From the NCBI GenBank assembly GCA_054661495.1, contig BAAFSQ010000196.1:1-18359 (forward strand): 18,359 nt of DNA, written 5' to 3'. Made by a program: the position numbers and the translations under genes. A model generated the notes under the pieces. It ran no database searches. It saw nothing but the letters and a program-made list of their open reading frames with translations, and was not told the origin of the DNA. This DNA comes from Zygophlyctis sp. KS116 (taxonomy: Eukaryota > Fungi > Chytridiomycota). Positions within the stretch are counted from its first letter, which is position 1. Each line of letters opens with the position of its first letter. This document shows positions 1 to 10,608 of the stretch, one piece after another.

Positions 1-326
1 TTAAATTAGTGGCTTCAAATTCATCTCTCATTTTCTATTGCTTAATATAAAATACAAATTACCTGAATCTTCTCTTCGGCAGATTTAGCTCTATCACTTA
101 CCAAACGCAGTTGTTCCTGAAGCTCATTTTCCTTTTGCAGATACTCTGCATGCATAGTGGAAGCAGTTAAATTAGTGGCTTCAAATTCATCTCTCATTTT
201 CTATTGCTTAATATAAAATACAAATTACCTGAATCTTCTCTTCTGCAAATTTAGCTCTATCACTTGCCAAACGCAGTTGTTCCTGAAGGTCATTTTCCTT
301 TTGCAGATACTCTGCATGCAAAGTGA
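1..326. repeat. Tandem duplication with a 166-bp period (138-nt exon plus 28-nt intron)
   Basis: 1-166 repeats at 167-~326 with about 5 substitutions. The two intron copies (35-62, 201-228) are identical. Confidence 0.95.
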
Positions 327-1100
327 AAACATTCGCATTTGATCGATTTAAATCTTGAATAACTTTAGCATCCAATTCCCTTTCGTCTTTCAAATCTTTG
401 ATTTTTTGAATAAAGTCTACGATCTGATCTTGTCTTTGATCATTTTCAAATTTAAGACTTGAATCTAGTTTTTCAATTTCTTTTATATTGTGTTCGATTA
501 TTTTGGATTTGACGTCATTATCTCTTTTAAGAGACTATTATTTAGTTTTTCAAATTCACCTCGATTTGTGTATCTGAATTGTATAATAACTTTTGAACCA
601 TATCGCAGAGTGTACTGTAGCTATTATGATCATTTTCATTCTATTTATTATTTAATCGACTTGATGATTACTTTGGTATGAGTTAAGTTATCGGCTGAGT
701 TATTCCGGTAACTATCAACAACAGCTTGAATACTAGATAGTATACGATTATAATCTTCATTTTTTTCAAGCGAATCCGTAATTGGCCTTTGTTGATTTCT
801 GTATTCCCTCAGTTCCAGGTTCTCTTCCTGGAGCGTGTAAATTCGATCTCTAATTGATTCCTCTTGTTTTTCAAAGAATTTGTTTTTTTCAACAGCCGAT
901 GCTATCTTCTTTTGTAGCAAACCAATCTTATCCTGAAATTCTTGATTCTGATTTATATTTTCCTGACATTGCGTCTTTATCTCGAATCTTTCCAAAAGTA
1001 ATTTCGATACGATGATCTTGCTTTCTCTTTCAAACAATCGATGAGCTGATACAAGATCTTCCACAATTGATTTCCAGTCTGTCGACGGCTCTTGATTCAT
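1..1100 (-). CDS. Long coiled-coil protein of unknown function, 3'-truncated by the window edge. Introns 641-671, 535-559, 201-228, 35-62. Start most likely ATG at 1100 (MNQEPS...); upstream in-frame ATG at 1154 is possible.
   Basis: ORFs 648-1154 and 208-393 join into one continuous frame after removing four GT..AG introns of 31, 25, 28 and 28 nt. The product is E/K/Q/L-rich and heptad-like. Confidence 0.8.
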
Positions 1101-1287
1101 TTCGTATCGGAAATTATAGACAATGACGACGGCTTTCTGCAACCCATAAACCATGCATGCATCTTACAGCATTATTTATTATTTGACTGGGTTGATCCGC
1201 AGGAAATATCTATTTTTTGCTTCAATAATTCAATCAGAGGAGGTTTTCTAAATCATCAAAAATATGATTTTCTCACAGAAATTAGAG

Positions 1288-1809
1288 ATGCGAAGAATAT
1301 TCTTGATCTTTATCGTACTTCTTGTTATAAGAGCTGATGAATCAAGTAGTGAAGGTCCAGATACATGCAGATGTTACTGTTGCCCTTCAGAATTAAATCC
1401 ATATAAGGATAAGATGGCAACTTGTGATGCGAAAAATCCTCCATTAGTATGGTCAATCTTGTGATTTTTAGGTTGGATCAATCTCTATAGGAGCTGGTGC
1501 GGGGGAATTAGCATGCAATGCATTGGCTTGTAGTGGATACTTTTCCATCGAATGTCCGACAATAGGAATGAAGTCAAGTAGAGGGGCAGCTGTAAAAGTT
1601 GGATGCAAATCGTGTCCGGACGGTAACTTATTATTTAAATTATTTTAGGTCCATATGGAAATGGATCATTTCCAAACTCTGATCAATCAAATATTGATAA
1701 ATCTATAAAAGATTATCTAGAAAAAGGTAATTCACTGCAAAGTAGCGGCGAATCCAAGAAAAATACATTCATCTCTGGATTTTTCTTCCCATTCATTTTC
1801 TTGATATAG
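1288..1809 (+). CDS. Small Cys-rich secreted, probably GPI-anchored protein (156 aa). Introns 1447-1471 and 1623-1648.
   Basis: N-terminal signal peptide MRRIFLIFIVLLVIRA. Ten Cys, including CRCYCC and CKSC. C-terminal SSG small-residue site followed by a hydrophobic tail FISGFFFPFIFLI*. The spliced frame is continuous. Confidence 0.8.
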
Positions 1810-1882
1810 CATTATATTTTTGAATAGATTTTAAAATATAAGTTATATTGCCATTTTTGAAATAACCATATATTAACACAAT

Positions 1883-3078
1883 CTAATAATTCTGGATTGT
1901 TATGATTAACTTCATCGCCCATTTGGTCAATTCTGATTTATTTGGATTGGCGAGTACTTGCTTGGCCAGTTTACTTTCAAGTAGAATCTTTGGAGTTGAC
2001 CGTTGTAATGGATCTTTAGATAAACTATCAGTTTACTTTCAAGTATTGATTTACCATATAGAAACCAGTTGTATCAACTCTGGATCAAATTCCTGCGGGA
2101 GAGTAGGAGACGGTTCATTTAAAATCATATCAAAAAGCTCCATGATTCCTCCAGAACCTGGAGATCCACTCAAATCCAAATACGGCATCTTTCCTGTACT
2201 TATTTCAATAATACAAAGTCCCAAAGCCCAAATATCTGCTGCCACAGTAATTTTCCCAATATTACTAATCCTCTCTGGGGACAAATATCCCTGAGTTCCT
2301 GTAAAAGTAGCTCCTGCAGTTGAACTATTATCCTCCTTGCTAACTCCAAAATCTCCAATTTTGACATCACCCCTGGAATTTACTAAGATGTTACTTGGCT
2401 TGATATCTATTATTTAAAAAACTTAAAATACCTCTATGTACTATTTTTCTTTCTGACCACAAATAATCCAATCCTCTTAATACATTTACCATAATATAAG
2501 GAACAATCTCATTTTCTATTGAACCAAGCTTTTTATAAATAAAGTCTAGAGATCCCAAATCCATATATTCCATGAGAAGTATTATATCTCCATCAGAGAA
2601 CCTAGCTCCAAAGAATGAAATAATAAACGGTGATTTACAGGTTTTCATCAACTTAACCTCTCTAACCAGATTCTTGCGCAACTTGTTCTCTTCTTCATCA
2701 CCAAATACCCCATGAATCGTCTGTATTATTAATGATTATGTAAAATACTTTTTTTGCTAAAACCATTCCAGAAGGCTTATAAATTACTTTTAGGACAGAT
2801 CCACCTTTAATATTTAATGATTCAATCTTACCAGCTCCTGCTCCCAAAGTTCCAACGACTGACAAATCCCGGTCTTTAAAATCAATAATCTCTGTATTAT
2901 CCTCTTTCGCCAATGGAAGATTGTCTATAATGGATTTTAGATCGATATTTGACGCCGATTTTGATGCAGACGCAGTTAACTGTACCTGAGGAGGACGATT
3001 CAACCGTCTGAAGAATGCTGGAGATGTAGTAGTTGAATTGTTGCATGATGCATTGGAAGCTAGACTTTCAAAAGACAT
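1883..3078 (-). CDS. STE7: STE7-family MAP kinase kinase (361 aa). Introns 2805-2831, 2721-2748, 2407-2431, 2025-2054.
   Basis: Spliced product contains [61 protein letters not shown] and ADIWALG. The N-terminal RRLNRPPQVQL resembles a MAPK docking site. HRDIKPSN and SPERI are typical of STE7/MEK kinases. The exact ortholog (Ste7 versus other MEKs) is not certain. Confidence 0.88.
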
Positions 3079-3697
3079 TTGTTTGTTTAATCACACGCCA
3101 CTTGTTATCATCAGCCTTAATTTCAAAGTTTAAGAATTTAAATACTATCAAGGGATATATAGTCTAGGCCTCGGAAATATAGATAATAATGATTTATGTC
3201 ACAGCTATTGAAAGTCTAGGCATCGACTTTGGCCGGGAACAATGCAAAATAATTATCCAGAGCGATAAATGACTCATTTATAGTCAAAATAGGAGAGAAA
3301 TATCCCGGTTAACCATAATTGAACAGTTGGATCGCTATCATCTATCAGTAAGTACAAGTCTCAAGTAATATTAGGAATTCTCATAATTAAAGATGAAAAG
3401 GAAAAGTCGCAGCCTTATTTGTGCTTGGGGATTGCTCCAAATTGATATTACAATTGATCGGTATCTGAGTAAAAATTCAATTGACTAAAACATGGAATTT
3501 CCAATATTTAAATCTGGAAACTGGATAAGATTCAAACATCATTCTTTAGAACTGGATAGTTTACATATATAGGCTGGTATTAGACAAATTGGCAAAATAT
3601 TTAACCCAGTGGCTATGCTCGGATGATATATTTTGACTCATTTACCAGACAAGTCTCCGATTGCGCGGATAAGTGTTTTCATCAAAATATTTGGAAA
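3079..3697. promoter_or_regulatory. Divergent promoter region between the MAPKK and the PAS receptor, with two AP-1/Gcn4-type sites (ATGACTCAT 3269-3277, TGACTCA 3634-3640)
   Basis: Longest non-coding interval in the window, lying between head-to-head start codons. Motifs are read directly from the sequence; their function is inferred. Confidence 0.45.
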
Positions 3698-6600
3698 ATG
3701 ACTGATACTGTTGGAGAATCAAGTGGACTTTTTAATAATGGTGATGGCATCACGTTTAGATATGTTATGACGATAATTGAGACATCTATTTTTGCAACTG
3801 GATACAAATTGCAGAATAAATTAACTGAAAAACGTCGTTATAGATCGAATGTTTTGACAGCACTTTTTCAAAACTCATTGGATTATGCTCATCTAGTTCC
3901 ATTTTTAGTGCACAGTAAGTTTTTTTCGTGTTTTAAATTTAGGTGGTAAGTGTCGATTACATCATGACTTTTAGGATGGGGATATGGGCGTGTATCTCTT
4001 GCTTGGGCTCAATTTGCATCTTGGATACAGTTGCAGCTTCCTATACTTACGTATGATTCTTTTGCCGTAATTTAATGCTATCTTAAATGGTTAGATTGCC
4101 TTTTGGGTTGTTATTGTAACGTTGGCGATTTTGTTGGCGATGCTGTTCTACATCGCTTTAAGTAATTGGAAAAAATTGCCAATGATTCAGGCTGTAACAT
4201 CAATTACGGCTTTCTATCTTACTAGCGGGTTTCAGGTATTCTTTCCTGTTGCCTTTTATCTTCTTTTCACTCCTTGGCTCTGCGATCCAAAGTCGAAAAC
4301 TCTTTTTGTGATTCAAACATCCACACAATGCTTTGGCTCAACTAATATAATTAGTATCATTTTTGGGACATTTGGAGTTGTTTGCCTGACTGGGTTGTCA
4401 TTCCTGTCCGCTTTTCTTAAAAGTAGTGTGGAGCCTGTTAATAATGATTTTACTGTATCTTGCTTCTTAAATTAATAAGCATATAGATCACTAGCGGAAT
4501 TCTGTTTAAAATTCAGTATTATATTACGATTTCTTTTATGACGATTAATCGTTTCTGGATTTCACCAGCCCTTGGTGCTGAAGGCTATGGCAGTTGGTGG
4601 GAGGCATTGTTGAATCTATTGTCCATGTCACTATTATGCGCAAGTTTGGTTTATTATTTGCCCTATCAAGTATTTTCTTATTATTCTTAGTCTAGGTTCC
4701 TAGAGCAAATCAGCTTCGTGGCACTTTCTTATTTTCGGTCTGGTGGATCTCATGCGTAACATTCATGATGGCTAATATTCCTGAAAATCATGACCATTTT
4801 GATCGACAAATTGATTATATTCTTATGACCGGTATGGGACCATTCTTAATTTTTGGAAACTGGGTTATTAAATCGCGAACTGCTCATTTAGAATGTACGA
4901 TTTTTTAAAGTTAAAGCATAGCATTTGCTGCCTCACTTATCATAGAATCTAAAATAACAAACGAAAATAAGAATCGTGCGGCTCAAAAAGCTGCTGAACT
5001 TAATGCGGAAGTTAAGAAAACAGCTCCCAAAGCTCCTGGTGCTAAAAAGGATGTAGTTAAAGATCCTAAAGCAAAAGAGCCAAAAGGAAAGGATGCAAAA
5101 GCAAACAAAGACGCCACTGGAAAGGCTTCAAAAATTGATTCTACCAAAGATGATCATTCAAATGCAACAGCTGCTGCTCAAAAGGCTGCAATGGCTGCAC
5201 TTGATCAAAAACTTGACGATGACGAGAAAAAAAGAAACGCTCGGCTTTACCTTCCTAGAATACTCCGGGAATATCAGGCAGGAATTACTACTATTGATCT
5301 TGTCGGTCGGATTTTATGGCATTTTTCGGATGACAAAGAGTCGTTAGATGCAGCAAACTCACTTTATGAATCAGCTGAAAAAGCATATCCTGAAGTACCA
5401 TATGTAAAAGTTTTACGAGTCAGTTACTGTACGGCTCAAGCTTCTGATCCATCTGTGCATCTTCCTAAGTTGGATGTCATCAAAAAAATGGACCCTGGTT
5501 TTTTGTCTAGATATTATGTCTACAAACGTTCCGTTGATATTCGAGATAGAGCGAAGGTATCAGCCGTTTCTGATGGTGAAAACTCATTGGATCTTGTTGC
5601 ATATATTGAATTCCAAAACTTGTTTCGGTAAGGATGATTTGCATTTTTTAATTTTAGTGAAACTAAAAAGTATAATAACCGTGCAATTGAATCGATTCGA
5701 GAATTCTGGATGCTTTTCCTGCAGAAGTCAATAAGTATATCCGCCTTTCATCGTGCAGCTAAAGATTTGGAGATTCAATCTCAGCGTGCAGTTTCGGTTT
5801 ATAAGGTATGTTTACACTGCTTTTATTTTAGACGATGATGACCAAATTCCCGAAAAATCCTCAAGTATTGACTTCGTATGCTTATTTTTTGGATTTGGTT
5901 TTGAGAAATACCGAGGAAGCGCAAAGATGCATCAGAAGAGCAGATGAACAAAAGGCACGCGAAGCTGAAGAAGCTCGAAATGGCAATGTTGCTGGTCAGA
6001 TTGATTCCCAAGCTGTTGTGGCCATCACTGAAGACGCATCTATTGATCAGGTGAATAAGGCCTTGCTCGATATGTATGGATATAGCCGAAACGAAGTACT
6101 GGGAAGAAACATTAAGCTTCTTGTCCCAAGTCCTTGGAAAGAAAAGCATGATAATATTCTAGCCAAGTACAGAGCCACCGGAGTCGCGAAAGTAATTGGG
6201 AAAACCCAAACGTAACTTTCCTTTTTTTGATAATAGGTTATACGGCCATCATAAAGAAGGATATGCATTCAGCATGAAGTTGCTGGTTCAGGAGAGAAGA
6301 AAGGAGAATGGCGAGAGAAACTTTATCGGAATGATTCAACAGAGTAATCAAGATTCCAAGTTTGGAGTTGTCATAATTAATGAAATGGGAATTATTAAAA
6401 TGGTAACTCAAAAGACATTAGAACTTTTTGGTGGATATCGTGCTAGCGAACTTTTGAATAAGGTGAAATTTTTCATATTCTAATTTTTAGAATGTAATTA
6501 TTCTAATGATAGATTCTTTTGCCGCTGGGCATGATAATTACCTGAAGAGATACAGAGAGACTGGTGAAGCTCGTGTAATTGGTGGACCTGGGAGAAATAT

Positions 6601-9600
6601 CCCCGCAAAGCGCAAGGATAATACTACTTTTCCTGCTGCCTTGACTGTAGAAGAAGGCTACGCTGATGGTGAACGCTTCTTTTTGGCCAATATCCAAGAT
6701 ACATCAAACGTTGAAGGAACTATATTTATTGATGGTTTTGGAACAATTCAAAATATTGACAGTGGTATTTCTCAACTTTTAGGATATAAAAAGGAAAATG
6801 CTGTTGGAAAAAATATCAAAGTTATCATGCCCTCTCCTTATTGTGACTACCACGATATGTATTTGGAGCGATATCGTAGAACAAAGGTAGCAAACGTTCT
6901 TCGATCACAGGAGGGTCGTGTATTCCCTGCATTACACGCTGATGGCTCGTTAGTTCAGATAAGAGCCTTAATCACAAGAGCTGACAGTGGTGAAACAGGA
7001 GGAAATCTTTTATTTAAGGGGTTCATTCGTCGTGGAAACATGTCTGGATCTGGTCTTAGTGGTGGCCGCAGAGGTTTCCTAGAAAATTATGAAATTGAAT
7101 TAAATAAGGCCGGAATCATTATCAAGCTTACTCGCAAAATCTTATCAATGCTTGGACATCCACAAGAAAGACCTATCAGTGATTTTATTGGACAACCTAT
7201 TGAAGTTCTAATTCCAGTTCTTCCCGATAGACCAATGCAAGCAAAGTCTCACTGGTTGACTCAAGCACTTAAGAATCCAGATCAAAATTTTTATTTAATT
7301 GCTTGTAACAAAAATTATACCCTTCTTCCCGTTACGTTTTGTCTCGATGAAAGGCCTGACGGTTCTATTCGGATGCGCATCAGAGACTTATCGGAATTAG
7401 ATGCATTACTTACAATTGATGAAGTTGGAAATGTACTGAATATGAATGAGGATTCATTTATGCTTCTTGGTTTCGAGCCTGAAGCTACTATAGGCCGCAA
7501 TATCAAGTACATACAGTCTCAAGAGGTCGCTGACCAGCATGATTACTATCTGCAAAGATACAAAGAAACTGGTGTTGCTCGAGTTGTAGGAATAGCTCGA
7601 ACTGTAGATACAGTACATCGTGATGGATCTGTTTTTCCGGTTGAAATTCAGGTTACTGAGCAGGTAAAGGCCGATGGAACTAAAAACTTTGTTGGAAGGC
7701 TTAGACATCGTAAAATAGACGAGAGATGTGAAAAGGAACTCATTTCAAGATACGTAGTCAATACTAGAGCCTTGGGTTCAACATTAGGATCTAGTATTGC
7801 TGGATCTGGCGCACTTCAGTCCTCCACATCTGTTGGATCTGATGGACGAAGAATGAAGTTCAGGGGAAAAAGATCATCAAAAGGATCATCAAAAGCTGAT
7901 GCCATTGGAAATTCATTAATGGGCGTGGGTGCATTAGATAATGAGCATTCTGTTCTATCCAATAGTTTGAATAGTAGTGGCCATGGTAGCTCAAGAAGCG
8001 GTGGATCAAGCTCAGTCTCTTCTAATACGAAATTTTTAACTTTACTAACCAAGCTCAAGTTCCTGAAAAATTCAAACAAAGAAGATCCTTCTCTTTCCCA
8101 ATTCGGTACTGTTCTAAATATTATTCTTGGTATCTATCTGATTTTCTTTGTTACTGGGCTGATTGTTACTAATACTATACAATCACCTGTGAGCTACTAT
8201 GTGCTGATGCAAAATATTCAGAATGTGGACGTTGTGATTAATGAAGTAATAACCGCTGCACGTGTACTTGAATTGACGATAGATAAAGGGATGACTGTAT
8301 CGAACTGTAGCTGGAATCAAATTCATGTATCCAATGATCGTCCCCTCTGTTCTTGGATTAAATCTGGAATTGAAGCAGCAAAAAAACGAAATGATAGCTT
8401 TTTTACTGGAAATTTGACTGGAATATTGCTAGAAGATGGGTCAGTTGATTATGGACTTGTCCCCCAATATACGATAGAATGGATGCTTGGAAACTATACA
8501 AATGAAATGGTTTATCGAACCAATATTCTAAAGCGTGAATACTCAAAGATTCGTGTCCCTGGTGATGTATTTGATCAGGCCATTCAAGGACAGTTCGAAG
8601 TTCTGAGATTTGTTAACGGCGATTGGTCCATTTCAGAACAAGCTGACTTGGTCACTTTTTGGAATGTGTTGGGAACTATATCCTCTGCTATTGATTCATT
8701 AAGGGCAGCAGGATCGATAAATGAAGTTTCTCAGAGAGATTGGGCATTCATTATCTCGAATCGTTACAACTTGATAAGGTTTATAGAAAATATGTGCGAG
8801 ATGATTCCCCCTCAAGCGTCTTCTGCCGTAAACAACACCATGATATTTCATTTCATCATGGCAATTATATCTCTTATTATTGGAATTGTAATTTTATTTT
8901 TAATTACTCTAGGCTTCGTTTTTCTTATTTTTACTTCCAAAAATACAGCAAATAAAGGTCGATCGGGAACGAATTCTTCGCCTCTTGATCCTTATGCCAA
9001 AGTCAGTTGTTTATGATTTGGTTCACCGAGTTTATACTACTAGAAATAGTGAAGAAGAGGAAGATGAGGAAAGTCAAGATGATGAGGATATCGAGGAAGA
9101 CGAGGACGGGGAAGACGAAACTGCAGGGAACGATTCTCAAGAAATTACGGTAATCATTTGTATTGCTAATCGATTAGGTTTTAGCCGATCGTAGCATTGG
9201 CATCTATGTGACATTTGCCGCTGGCCTGATCGCATTGTCATTGCCCTCAATCGTTCATGCAATATATCGTTTTGTAGACAATTCGCAAATTAACCAAACG
9301 ATTAACTTACTGAAAGATTTGAACGTCTTGTATTTGAACATGGAAGCCTTATCTTGGCAGATTTTTGCCGGTTATTTCGAATGCCCTCCGAATTCAGTCT
9401 TTTGCACCTCCCCATATGATAAAGGTGTTCATAACTTTGAGGATGCTATTGATACGGTAAGTTTTTTAATAATTTATGTTTTAGCTTGAGGATGCATATA
9501 CATCTGCCGTCGGTGTTATGCAAGGCTATCCCAAAGTAATCGACGTATTTACCAAATCCCAATGCTTTAACACCCTCAATGGCTTGTATCGATGTGTAAC

Positions 9601-10112
9601 TAGGGATTCTCCCTACATGCCTGAAAATTGGGTGGCCAAGACCTTTAGTGGTTATTCCAATCTTGTTCAAAACTTTATACGTAGTTCCCGCAAGTTTTCA
9701 ACTCGAGTTTTAGAACTTTACAATGTCAACAAGAACCCAGAGGATGTAAGAAAGGACACATTTGTACAAGAGGACTTCCACTATATGTATGAAATCCCAC
9801 TTTTGGAAGGCGAAGCTGGAGCATACCAAGCTATTGATGAATCCATAAAGATTTTGAATGAACAAGTAAGTCACGGTATACTAGCTGCCAATATTTCTTA
9901 TGCAGTTGGACTAGCCTCAAGTTTATTAATTTTCTCTTGGGTCTTTGGTGCTACTAGAAGAAGTGTCCTAGCGGAAACAAGATATGCTCGTGGAGGTAAG
10001 AAGATTTTAAATTTTAATCAAAGTATTATTCATGGTTCCTCATGATGTCCTTCGTAATACAAAGGCCATGATTGAGTATATTGAAAATCTTTATGCATCA
10101 TTGTCTGCCTAA
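3698..10112 (+). CDS. TmcB/TmcC-like (tiny macrocysts / FixL-like PAS) multipass membrane sensor, ~2008 aa. 14 introns: 3915-3942, 3946-3974, 4067-4094, 4455-4486, 4670-4695, 4895-4921, 5628-5657, 5806-5831, 6212-6236, 6463-6490, 8888-8912, 9150-9177, 9457-9484, 9996-10023.
   Basis: 6415 nt minus 388 intron nt = 6027 nt, a single open frame. It encodes an N-terminal multi-TM block with YYLPY, a TPR-like helical region (IREFW...KFPKNPQVLTSYAYFLDLVLRN), five PAS repeats, a Ser/Gly linker, and two TM-loop-TM modules separated by an acidic tract. This matches the TmcB architecture as I recall it. Confidence 0.85.
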
Positions 10113-10123
10113 TAAAGTTTTTT

Positions 10124-10543
10124 CTATACTTCATTATTTTGCAATAGCATGTTTGGTATTCCCTGATCAATCAAGTAGATATGACCACATCCTCTACAAA
10201 CCATTTTACCGTTTTTAATCGAATGCTCTAGTAAAGCATGATGAATAACTTTGCATTGATCTGGAGTGATAACATCTTTTTCCATTTGATTAGGAAATCC
10301 ATTGATCCCAACCTAAAATTACAATATGATATATACCTGAATGATTGCCTGAGTCAATGCATCCCAATCTAATCTAGGAATCATCTTTCGGATGAAATCC
10401 TCATTGAATTCAGACTCCACAATTTCGACCTGAGCCTCTTGAATTTCCAAAGGATAGTTATCACTTTTGCATCCTTTGACATGGCATTGCAACATATTAT
10501 GAGTGATCAGTCTATCGATTAATAAATGCATCATCTACCTCAT
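10124..10543 (-). CDS. TRM112: Multifunctional methyltransferase activator subunit Trm112. Introns 10512-10538 and 10313-10336.
   Basis: Spliced product MRLITHNMLQCHVKGC...FIRKMIPRLDWDAL...GKMVCRGCGHIYLIDQGIPNMLL, with the zinc-knuckle Cys pairs. The first coding exon is only ATGAG. Confidence 0.95.
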
Positions 10544-10608
10544 TTTTTGGATTTAGAATTTTCACTTTGATTAGTCAGCAAGATCATGTCATTCGGCGTT
10601 TAAACAAA

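Noticed and set aside
1-326. CRISPR-like or mobile-element repeat
   Set aside because: It is a direct exon+intron duplication with no spacers, terminal repeats or transposase.
1902-2294. 130-aa plus-strand ORF
   Set aside because: Antisense shadow of the MAPKK exons with no independent features.
6491-8887. Bacterial insertion/HGT suggested by the 2.4-kb intron-free exon with FixL-like PAS domains
   Set aside because: PAS1 and PAS2 are themselves interrupted by host-type introns and the exon is in frame with the eukaryotic architecture. The sequence alone gives no support without a phylogeny.
8888-9016. Apparent C-terminus of the 836-aa ORF (VILFLITLGF...KVSCL*), and apparent frameshifts or pseudogenes throughout the window
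   Set aside because: Explained by 24-34-nt introns; the spliced frames are continuous and of codon-multiple length.
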